A DNA stretch of 64,000 nucleotides from Endomicrobiales bacterium (lineage in GTDB: Bacteria > Elusimicrobiota > Endomicrobiia > Endomicrobiales > CAWCFT01): positions 1 through 64,000 of the forward strand of contig CAWCFT010000017.1 in the NCBI GenBank assembly GCA_963794945.1, read 5' to 3'. The notes below the pieces were generated by a model. It was given only the letters and a program-made list of their open reading frames with translations. It made no database searches and was not told the DNA's origin. Position 1 is the stretch's first letter; the number at the start of each line of letters is the position of its first letter. Shown piece after piece: positions 12,663-20,527 of this stretch. Both the position numbers and the translations under genes were made by a program.

Positions 12663-12739
12663 TGGCGCCGCCAGCGGGGGTCGAACCCGCGATCTCCGCC
12701 TTGAGAGGGCGATGTCCTAAACCACTAGACGATGGCGGC
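12663..12739 (-). tRNA. tRNA-Glu (anticodon CUC), CCA encoded
   Basis: Reverse complement GCCGCCATCGTCTAGTGGTTTAGGACATCGCCCTCTCAAGGCGGAGATCGCGGGTTCGACCCCCGCTGGCGGCGCCA folds as a cloverleaf with GTTCGA T-loop. Confidence 0.97.
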
Positions 12740-12747
12740 TCTATTTG

Positions 12748-13851
12748 CTAATCGCTGAATTTACAGTCAGTTTTTGAGTTTTCTGTTTTCCGGCTCTCAA
12801 CCGGAATCTCAAAAGTTTGACGGTTGTTTGACGGTTTTGCCGCCCACTCATTCAGCTTGTTCAGTTTCTCAATCTCTTCGCGCTTGCAATCAGGCGCAAA
12901 GTGCGCGTAGTATTTTTCAGTGATTGTAACACTGGAATGCCCGAGCCACTTGCTGACCTGATAGATGTTCACTCCACTCATAACCAAATGACTGGCAAAG
13001 GTGTGTCTTAAATCGTGAAACCTGAAATCCTTAACACCGGCTTTCTGGCAGGCTCTTTTAAAGCCGTGGGACAAATAATTCTTGCCTATATGCCCGAAAA
13101 CAGGTTCATCAGGATTCTTTCCATTGCCATACAGCTTTACCAAAAACCTGTAAAGCGTGTCATTAACGGGAATGTGCCTCGGCTTGCTGGATTTTGTCTT
13201 GATAACGTAGATGTCCCTTATTGAAAGGGTAACATCCTGCCATTTAAGCCCGTGTATCTCACTTTTCCTCATACCAGTATGCAAAGCACATAGGTAATAA
13301 GGATAAATACTTTCGGGCAATGCTTCTTCCAGCCTTCCGATTTCTTCCCGTGCAAGCCATCTTACGTGAGGCTTAAACTCCCTTTTGAGCCTTACTCCCT
13401 TTGCAGGATTGTATCCGGCGAACATCCGCCACAAATACATTTTGTTGAATATGGCTTTAACGAGGGCATGATACTTGTCAACAGTGGCCGATGAAGTTAT
13501 TCTCTTTTTCCCTTTCCCGATTCCCGGCAAACAGCTTCGCAGGGTTTCTATGTCAAGGGGGGAGAAATCAACCAGCTTCTTGTCGCCAAATAGCCCGTTG
13601 AGGAGCTCAATTTTTTTCTTATCCTCGGCGTAAGATGCCTTGTGCATTTTTGAGTGTTTTTCAAGGAACATTTCCGAGGCTTCTTTAAAGGTCATCCTCC
13701 GGTCATTCTCATAACCGGAAGTCAATTCCCTTCGCAGGCCAGCCTCGGCATTTTCTGCTTTATCCCTGGACTTGAACCGTTTCCTGTAGCATTTTCCATT
13801 ATGCTCAATACGATAAGTCCAGGTCCCGTTTGCGGTGCGATGAATTGTCAT
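12748..13851 (-). CDS. int: Tyrosine recombinase / integrase (element 1)
   Basis: HTGMRKSE, TKS, FHDLRHTFAS, LGHSS...YY catalytic motifs; N-terminal arm-binding-like beta segment. Confidence 0.95.
   Translation of the reverse strand: MTIHRTANGTWTYRIEHNGKCYRKRFKSRDKAENAEAGLRRELTSGYENDRRMTFKEASEMFLEKHSKMHKASYAEDKKKIELLNGLFGDKKLVDFSPLDIETLRSCLPGIGKGKKRITSSATVDKYHALVKAIFNKMYLWRMFAGYNPAKGVRLKREFKPHVRWLAREEIGRLEEALPESIYPYYLCALHTGMRKSEIHGLKWQDVTLSIRDIYVIKTKSSKPRHIPVNDTLYRFLVKLYGNGKNPDEPVFGHIGKNYLSHGFKRACQKAGVKDFRFHDLRHTFASHLVMSGVNIYQVSKWLGHSSVTITEKYYAHFAPDCKREEIEKLNKLNEWAAKPSNNRQTFEIPVESRKTENSKTDCKFSD
12810..12834 (+). repeat. 25-bp repeat, candidate integrase arm-type sites
   Basis: CAAAAGTTTGACGGTTGTTTGACGG, identical at 30379-30403. 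Confidence 0.75.
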
Positions 13852-14099
13852 AGGCGACTCCTTTCACCGCTCCCCGCTGTAATGTCGTCATTATACATTT
13901 TTTCTCTGCCAAGTTCAAACGGCAGGTGGAGCTTTGACTCTACCCAAATATTAATAAGTTCCTTTTTAAAGCGCAGATGTCTCCCAAGTTTAATGTACGG
14001 AATCTTCTTGCGATAGACCCAATCATAAATGGTAAAACGGCTTACCTTGAGATAACCTGAAAGCTCTTCAATTGTTAAAATCTGTGAATCCATTTTCAT
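13848..14099 (-). CDS. xis: Excisionase-like helix-turn-helix protein
   Basis: LTIEELSGYLKVSRFTIYDWV...IPYIKLGRHLRF; overlaps the int start. Confidence 0.88.
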   Translation of the reverse strand: MKMDSQILTIEELSGYLKVSRFTIYDWVYRKKIPYIKLGRHLRFKKELINIWVESKLHLPFELGREKMYNDDITAGSGERSRL

Positions 14100-14848
14100 T
14101 CCCTTCCCTTACGCGTAAACAAACTACAGTCTTTACCCTGCCAGTCCGTGATTTTACAGGTAAAGACACCGTTTTTCAGCAGGTCATTCAGAAGCAGAAA
14201 CCGGTGCTTGCTTGGCTCAAATATTCTTCCTGCCTTTATCGCCCTGCACAGCGCATCAATCGTGATGTTATCATTACAAACCCAGATTATGTTATTGAGG
14301 TAGCTAAAATTACCTGTGTCAAATTTTTTCATCTTCTTTATGTTCCGTTCATGCCACTTGGGCCTCAGTTCTATTTCAAGCCCTGTACGAATTGTTAGTG
14401 TTTCCGGTGTATGGTCTTCCTTGAAAATAACTTCCGCGTCCGGCTTCAACTCAGGCAGCTCGCCTCTCTTTGCCAATAGGACCCGCGGCGTTTCGAAGTC
14501 AAGAAAGTAAGGATGCTTTTCAAGGGCAAGCCTAGCATGAATTATTGAAAGGTTATGATAAAATTCCGATGGCCCGAAATCGCACGGCTTGAACAAAGAG
14601 CATACGCGCAGCGTGCCAAAAACGCTTAAGGTATCCCCGCCCTTTTTGGTCAAGTAATACCCTTTTGAAGGCATAAGGCCTGTGTCAAAAGATTCAATGA
14701 ACTTATATGAATTCATCATACTGTCTATTACCCTGAATGCCTGCCTTTTTGTTCCTGTTATGTTTTCTATTTCCTTATATGTTACATACCCGTGTTCCCC
14801 TATTACCTGTAACACTTTCTTATTTCTTTCCGTTATGCTTTTCATCAT
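14096..14848 (-). CDS. Replication-relaxation (MobC-like) protein
   Basis: N-terminal wHTH, YYLT, H motif, PDA...GLEIEL PD-(D/E)xK-like motif; paralog of 33723-34475. Confidence 0.6.
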   Translation of the reverse strand: MMKSITERNKKVLQVIGEHGYVTYKEIENITGTKRQAFRVIDSMMNSYKFIESFDTGLMPSKGYYLTKKGGDTLSVFGTLRVCSLFKPCDFGPSEFYHNLSIIHARLALEKHPYFLDFETPRVLLAKRGELPELKPDAEVIFKEDHTPETLTIRTGLEIELRPKWHERNIKKMKKFDTGNFSYLNNIIWVCNDNITIDALCRAIKAGRIFEPSKHRFLLLNDLLKNGVFTCKITDWQGKDCSLFTRKGRE

Positions 14849-14999
14849 CTTTTTTGCCTTTTACCCTTACTTTTTTCTTTTTATTTTTTATCTTGTTTTC
14901 TGTCTTGTTTCTTGTCTTGTTTTTGTCATGGTTCTTGCCTTATTTCCTCACTTTTATTCATTGTTTTTTCTTCACTGCTTTTCATTATTTATTTCTCCT

Positions 15000-15120
15000 A
15001 TATTTCTGTTTTCGCCCGCCCTTGCGTCTTCCTCGGTACAGAGGAAGATGTGGGGGTGTGGTTTCCGCGCGTTTCACGCGAAAACCACACCCCCAGGCGG
15101 GCGAAAACTGATAGAAATAT
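15000..15120. other. Three-way-junction structured element (candidate oriT, origin or leader RNA), element 1
   Basis: Outer stem 15008-15020/15096-15108 encloses hairpins 15027-15048 and 15051-15095. Confidence 0.75.
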
Positions 15121-15252
15121 CAAAATATCATATAATCCGGGTACTGACAAAACAGTGTCACCAGCGGGTGTCTTGTTTGGTGCCGTGCAAATTTGGCCAT
15201 TTTTATTCAACTTTTTCCATCTAATTTTTCTTGCCATATCTAACCTCGTCAT

Positions 15253-15280
15253 TCTCATACACTATAGTTAGTGTATGAGA
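15253..15280. promoter_or_regulatory. Perfect 12-bp inverted repeat, candidate operator
   Basis: TCTCATACACTA-tagt-TAGTGTATGAGA. Confidence 0.6.
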
Positions 15281-15297
15281 GGCTAAAAAATATATAC

Positions 15298-15849
15298 CTA
15301 CAACTTCGGGCCGGAATAAACGTAATGCTGCCTGCCTGCTCCTGATATACCGGTCTCGCGCATAACTACCCCAAATTGTACAAGCTTTGAAAGCCTCTCG
15401 TTTACCGCTGTAAGGTTTATATGCAGCTTGTCTTTAAGCTCTGTTGCTGTTACAGGTTTTGTTGAATTCTTGATCAGGTCAAATGTCTGGTTGTCTGCGG
15501 GGTGAACCTTGCCAATTAGCGTTAAATTCCCTTGCTTGCGCTCTATCATTATCATATTCAGGCTTTCAAGGGCTTTGTCAAGGTTTTCTCGGGTATAACT
15601 GCTCAGGCTCTCTACTATAAAGAACCTGCTCTTGTACTCATGCGTAAGCGATAATATAGTCTTTCCGAACAGTTCATTTGCAAAGGAATAATCAAAAACT
15701 TCTATGCCTTCTATATCAAGAACAACCGCATCGCCAGGCCCTGAAGATGCAAGAGCTTTGTCAATTTCCTGCCGCAGTTCCCGGGCCTTTTCCCGTGTCC
15801 AGAGCTGCTTGCTTCCGCTTAGTTGATGTAGGCTTATTTTCTTTTCCAT
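15298..15849 (-). CDS. STAS-like (DUF4325-type) domain + C-terminal winged HTH protein
   Basis: VVLDIEGIEVFDYSFANELFG STAS-like motif; VTATELKDKLHINLTAVNERLSKLVQFGVV wHTH. Confidence 0.75.
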   Translation of the reverse strand: MEKKISLHQLSGSKQLWTREKARELRQEIDKALASSGPGDAVVLDIEGIEVFDYSFANELFGKTILSLTHEYKSRFFIVESLSSYTRENLDKALESLNMIMIERKQGNLTLIGKVHPADNQTFDLIKNSTKPVTATELKDKLHINLTAVNERLSKLVQFGVVMRETGISGAGRQHYVYSGPKL

Positions 15850-15856
15850 TATCTAC

Positions 15857-15885
15857 AGTGTATCAAATATATTTAATCTTGTCAA
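15857..15885 (-). promoter_or_regulatory. Sigma70 promoter, leaderless geometry
   Basis: TTGACA-17bp-TACACT-7nt-ATG. Confidence 0.7.
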
Positions 15886-16743
15886 GTACCTGCCAACAAA
15901 TATTTTTTAGTGCCAAACTCTAACACAACATGAACACCCGGCAGGTACGGGGCTGTTGAATTCCATTCAGTTCTTTTCTTTCTTCTTTGCCGTATTTTTC
16001 CCTTGCCTGAATGTATCTGGACTAACCCGCAATTGCGGTACGTAAACCTCATAAGATGATAAAGTCCTGTCCCGCGTGTGGGGTCATCGTACTCTGAAGT
16101 TCTTGGCTTTGTTGCGTAATTAATCGCTTCCAGATCTGTCCGCATTTTGGGGTTTTTTTCGTTCTTGCTTAGGGTGGCGGTAAGGCCTGCGCCGTAATCA
16201 GATATTCCTATTTCCAGGAACTTATTATTTTCGCTAAAATATGACTGCATTGCGATAAAAGCGGGGATTCCTCTGTTATGATCCAGCGTGTTCTGGCAGA
16301 CTTCTGATATGGCTGTAACGATGTCATACGCATCGTGTTTCGGATATTTAAGTTCGTAGTTTAGCACCCAGAACAATCTGATCAAGTAACTCAGGAAGTA
16401 CCGCGATATTATCAATTTTAGTCACTTCAATAAGCAAGGGATTTAATCCAAGCATTTCTTTATATTCGCCTGTTTGTATGTGTTCTTTAGGCCCAATCTG
16501 GGCAATGTTTTCTATGCTTTTAACAAAGCCAGTTCGCGCCATATAGCGGCCTATTTCTTTGCCAACTTTTATGAAAATCTGCTTATTTTCTTTGTGCAGG
16601 GCGTGGCACAATGAGCATAGCTGGGTAAGGACTGCCGGGGAGATAAATTGTACCTGAGAGAGGTCGAAATTAACGGTCTTTTTGTTGAAAGGATTGAGAT
16701 CCCTGATGAATTTATCAAACGTGATAGGGGTGAGTTTTATCAT
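15882..16743 (-). CDS. STAS + HATPase_c (RsbW/GHKL-like) protein, frameshift near 16370
   Basis: FDLSQVQFISP; SEVCQNTLDH N-box, DYGAG G1, RGTGL G2; colinear with intact paralog 35745-36605. Confidence 0.8.
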
Positions 16744-16900
16744 GCTGTTACAAATCTTTCTTTATTTTTTGTCCCTAAATTTTTCTACCAAGGTTTTACA
16801 AGGCATGCTTATCTTTCCAAAGTTTTAACGAATGATGGCCTGGCTGTCAACAGTCATGCCGCGCCTGCCCACTGATTATGTATTGTGTCCACGGAATTCC

Positions 16901-17629
16901 CTAAAGTGCGATTTGTCTTAACAACAACCTTCCGAGTGGCGTAATATTAAGACTTTGCTTTTTTAACCCTCCCGTATGAGTATCATATTTTGGTTCCTTG
17001 GTACGCGTATCTTTCTGATATATGGTTTCCAGCAAACCGAGTTGTACTAAGTGACCTTTATAACTATCCTGTAGAGCAGACTTATCAAATAGATTCTGAG
17101 ATGTTTCATTATCATTGACAAAAATATGCTCTAGCACCGCTGCATGTTTTTTTCTAAACTCCTCATCTCCTCCTATTGTCGAAATTACATGATATCTGAG
17201 CCAGATAACTTCAATGTCATTAATCTCACCAAGGATTCGCAATAGATGTTTTGATTCGTTGTAATCAATATCTCTTAAGGAAAGACTGTTTGCGATTATT
17301 GAGGCAACATATTCCTTTCGCTCTTTACTTATTGCTCGAGATGCTTGACGCAAACCTTCTTCAATAAAATCAGAACAATCTTCTTTCCTGAATTCAGATT
17401 TCACGAAGTTTTGTTCTATATGAGATATTTTCTGATCTAAAATATAAGCGAATTCGATTAATCTATGCAGTTTTTGATTTGGTATAATCTCATTTATTAT
17501 CTCAGAAAGTAATGGCCCAACATAAGGTATTGCTCCAAGTGAGCTTCTTGCGAGCAGGGCTGCGATGTCAGTTTTATTTGTTTTAAGAAAATCATTCATG
17601 GTATTCTTGCCTCGAGTCTTTGGTGACAT
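16901..17629 (-). CDS. Hypothetical protein, Abi-alpha/DUF4393-like architecture
   Basis: N-terminal GAIPYVG helix pair; C-terminal wHTH-like ITPLGRLLL; family call tentative. Confidence 0.5.
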   Translation of the reverse strand: MSPKTRGKNTMNDFLKTNKTDIAALLARSSLGAIPYVGPLLSEIINEIIPNQKLHRLIEFAYILDQKISHIEQNFVKSEFRKEDCSDFIEEGLRQASRAISKERKEYVASIIANSLSLRDIDYNESKHLLRILGEINDIEVIWLRYHVISTIGGDEEFRKKHAAVLEHIFVNDNETSQNLFDKSALQDSYKGHLVQLGLLETIYQKDTRTKEPKYDTHTGGLKKQSLNITPLGRLLLRQIAL

Positions 17630-17898
17630 ATTACGATAACGCCCTATCAGGATTATTGTCCGAATTTTTTTCTCTCGTGTGAGCCAACCTATCAGGCTAA
17701 TTAAGCCCTGGTTTCAATTATAAATATTCATTCAAAATACTATCAGTTTTAGAATTATGACGTCAAAAATCTTGCGCCGGGCGTAAAAAATGTCGTAAAA
17801 ATATTTTTCAAATTACTTTGAATTATTATAGAAATTATAGCGATACTAATTATTGGGTTCAACAAGTTGAGCATGACACCATTCATGTATTAATTGAT

Positions 17899-18081
17899 TT
17901 ATATTTCGGTAGGTATTATGAAAATCCCTTGCAATTGATTTTGAGGGATGTCATAAGAAATCTGGGGATTAGAAATAGTTTGATACCATAAAGGACTGCC
18001 TATGTTTTTGTCAGAAGTGCTAAATAGCTGATTAATAATATAATTCTCATCAATATGTTCATTTAATTCTATTGTTTCCAT
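17899..18081 (-). CDS. Small hypothetical protein (60 aa)
   Basis: AGGGGG RBS, starts 13 bp after the protease stop. Confidence 0.5.
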   Translation of the reverse strand: METIELNEHIDENYIINQLFSTSDKNIGSPLWYQTISNPQISYDIPQNQLQGIFIIPTEI

Positions 18082-18093
18082 AATAAACCCCCT

Positions 18094-19269
18094 CTATTGT
18101 TCAATCCATTGCCCATTAGTATATTGAGTGATAAACGCTTGCGGCCCAGTCCTCAACATTTCAATATCGAAATTATTACAATAGCTCTTCTTCTCATTTT
18201 CTATAAAAACACATTTCAAATCTTTAACTTCTGCCTTTTCAACTTCTAACCCATATTTTATCGGAAGAATATTTATTTTCTGCTCAGCTTTACTATTTTT
18301 CTTAGAATCTTGTTTTTGTTCTGCTTGATTTCCCTTTGCCTCAAAAGACTCTTCTCCTGTAGTAGCCACCTGTACAGTTGGTACAACGTTTGGAGGAGGT
18401 AATAAAGGTAATACTATAGAATTCTTCTGCGCTTTATTAAACTCATTATAAAGTACAAACGGTTTATTTAGTTGCATTTCTTGCTCATATTCCAAATACA
18501 ATTTCCACATCAAGTCCAAAACTTTCTGATTTGAATTAGCTTCTACTTTGAGTCCGAGTTCAATAGCTTCATTTCGAACTATAGGATGCCCGTGATAAAA
18601 CAATTTTGTTTTGAGTGTATCAACTATCTGTTCAATTTTTTGTTCTTGTTCTTTTGGCATATGTTTTAGAAGTAATTTTTTAGCTAGCATTTTTGCTTGA
18701 GAATGTGTTCGTTTTACCATGCCTAAATCCAAAGGTGTCACTTGTTGAGCTAATAATTTTACCACTTCCACTACCTCTTCTTCGTGATTTATATGAAAAT
18801 CATCATTAATTAACTCCATGAATGATGTCACATCTTCCACATTTAACTGTCTTAAACCAGCCATAATGTTTTTGGGGTCAACTGGAATATTAAAAGCAGG
18901 ATCTATTGGTCCTAGTTCGCCCATAGGATGCATTATAATTTTGTCTGCCCCCATAGCAAGCAAAGTTGCGGCACTATATGCCCTATATGGCACTAAAACT
19001 GTAAAATCACTGCAAAATTCCCTAATTAAATTTACAACTCTCCATGGTACAACTATATCTCCACCATTACTACATATAAAAAGGTCTATTTTACATTCAC
19101 TCTTTGGAGTTCCAATTTCAGATATTACATTATACAAATACCTTACTTGATCGCCGGTCATTTGAATATTCAAACCAGGTCTTGTAGAAGTAACATATGT
19201 AATAACATTGCTTCCCGCTCTTGCTTCGCTAAGCTGCTTAATAATTTCTACTCTGTTTTCTTTTGACAT
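18094..19269 (-). CDS. SDH-family ClpP-fold serine protease
   Basis: DLFICSNGG, AYSAATLLAMGAD (catalytic Ser), LGPIDP, HGHPI. Confidence 0.85.
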   Translation of the reverse strand: MSKENRVEIIKQLSEARAGSNVITYVTSTRPGLNIQMTGDQVRYLYNVISEIGTPKSECKIDLFICSNGGDIVVPWRVVNLIREFCSDFTVLVPYRAYSAATLLAMGADKIIMHPMGELGPIDPAFNIPVDPKNIMAGLRQLNVEDVTSFMELINDDFHINHEEEVVEVVKLLAQQVTPLDLGMVKRTHSQAKMLAKKLLLKHMPKEQEQKIEQIVDTLKTKLFYHGHPIVRNEAIELGLKVEANSNQKVLDLMWKLYLEYEQEMQLNKPFVLYNEFNKAQKNSIVLPLLPPPNVVPTVQVATTGEESFEAKGNQAEQKQDSKKNSKAEQKINILPIKYGLEVEKAEVKDLKCVFIENEKKSYCNNFDIEMLRTGPQAFITQYTNGQWIEQ

Positions 19270-19359
19270 TTTGCCTCTGGATTTTTATTCTGACCAACAA
19301 TCAGGTGGTTCAAGATATGATATTATTAGTACATCCTCAGACAGCTTAAAAAAACTTTG

Positions 19360-19554
19360 TTACGGTTTCTTATCTTTATCAGGGGAAGAGGATTTGTTAG
19401 AACCACTAGTTTCTGATCCTGAAGGCTTGAAGATACTTTCCGGGCAAACACTGATGAAAGAATCAATAATACCATCTTCGGTTCTAGTTGCAATTCTTAC
19501 AGTGTTACCATCCACTCTTTCTAAAGGCAACTCATTTATTGGTCTTGTCTGAAC
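19360..19554 (-). CDS. Small hypothetical protein
   Basis: Likely start MVQTRP with AAGGAGG RBS, overlapping the end of the upstream gene. Confidence 0.45.
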   Translation of the reverse strand, partial: VQTRPINELPLERVDGNTVRIATRTEDGIIDSFISVCPESIFKPSGSETSGSNKSSSPDKDKKP

Positions 19555-20527
19555 CATCTTTCGCCTCCTTTGAATTTTCATTTTGATACCAAGCTTTTAG
19601 CAAAATGAATAAAGCATCTGAAAAAAGTGCTCCAACTTCAGTATCGTATCTATTATTAAAAACCCCTCTAGCTTTTGAATCTATACATAAAAACCCAAGA
19701 ATATCTTGTTTGCAAGATTTTTGTTCATTATATTTTAATCCTTTTGTTGTCTTTCTAATTGGCAGTATTAATACGCTTCTATAACCTAAATCTTTTTTAT
19801 TATCAATTTCGCTATATCTTGTGTTTTGATAATTCTGATTAGAATAAATATCATTGCTTATCCAAGAACGTCTTGATTCGGGAGCCATTAAATACAATTC
19901 TCTAAAATCAGAATTGCCTGCGATACTATGTTGTCTAGGATCTTCTTGTTTATAGAAGAAATCATGTGTCTTAACGGTTTCAGTATCCCTTGTCATTGTG
20001 TCGACATATAAATACCTAAGTCTTTCCTCATCGGTTAATGTTCTAACATCTTTATTAAAGATGTTATCATCAAAATGAATTGTCTTTATGCAAGCTCTGC
20101 AATGAACTGATTTAAGAAGAGAAAAACATCTTGCAAGTGACCAAAGAGCAGTAGATAGATCATCGCGTCTATTTTGATTGGTAATATTATTATCATTTAA
20201 TCCATAATGCATGTCCCTAAGAATATGAATACATAAATGCAAAGCATACATAGCTTCCGCATAACGTGCTTTCGAAGAATATCTTATTTCTTCTACAAAA
20301 AAGAGCACTGCAAAGATCAATGAGATTATCCCAAGCGTAATAATTGCGGCAATAACAGGCGAATCGGAAGGTTTCTTTGCTAAGAAAAAAATGGTGATCG
20401 GGGTTACTACCGCTAGCAAACTTGTGATGAAACCTAAAATCCTCTCAATTTTTGGCCATATCCCAGTAAATTTCTGAGTCAATTCTTTTATTTTGCCTTC
20501 GTAATACTCTAAATCATCTAATGCCAT
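19532..20527 (-). CDS. Two-TM membrane protein with C-terminal GAF-like domain
   Basis: Two hydrophobic helices; YRSVLILPIR...ILGFLCIDS GAF-type motif. Confidence 0.65.
   Translation of the reverse strand: MALDDLEYYEGKIKELTQKFTGIWPKIERILGFITSLLAVVTPITIFFLAKKPSDSPVIAAIITLGIISLIFAVLFFVEEIRYSSKARYAEAMYALHLCIHILRDMHYGLNDNNITNQNRRDDLSTALWSLARCFSLLKSVHCRACIKTIHFDDNIFNKDVRTLTDEERLRYLYVDTMTRDTETVKTHDFFYKQEDPRQHSIAGNSDFRELYLMAPESRRSWISNDIYSNQNYQNTRYSEIDNKKDLGYRSVLILPIRKTTKGLKYNEQKSCKQDILGFLCIDSKARGVFNNRYDTEVGALFSDALFILLKAWYQNENSKEAKDGSDKTNK

Noticed and set aside
14682..15271. Phe/Leu-rich plus-strand ORFs (also 34381-34742) and minus ORF 14998-15258
   Set aside because: Products of the pyrimidine tract and GC hairpins; not conserved between the two elements
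17630..17700. Integron attI/attC site (CCTATCAGG twice, GTT near the gene start)
   Set aside because: No GTTRRRY core, no attC hairpins after neighbouring genes, no IntI-type integrase
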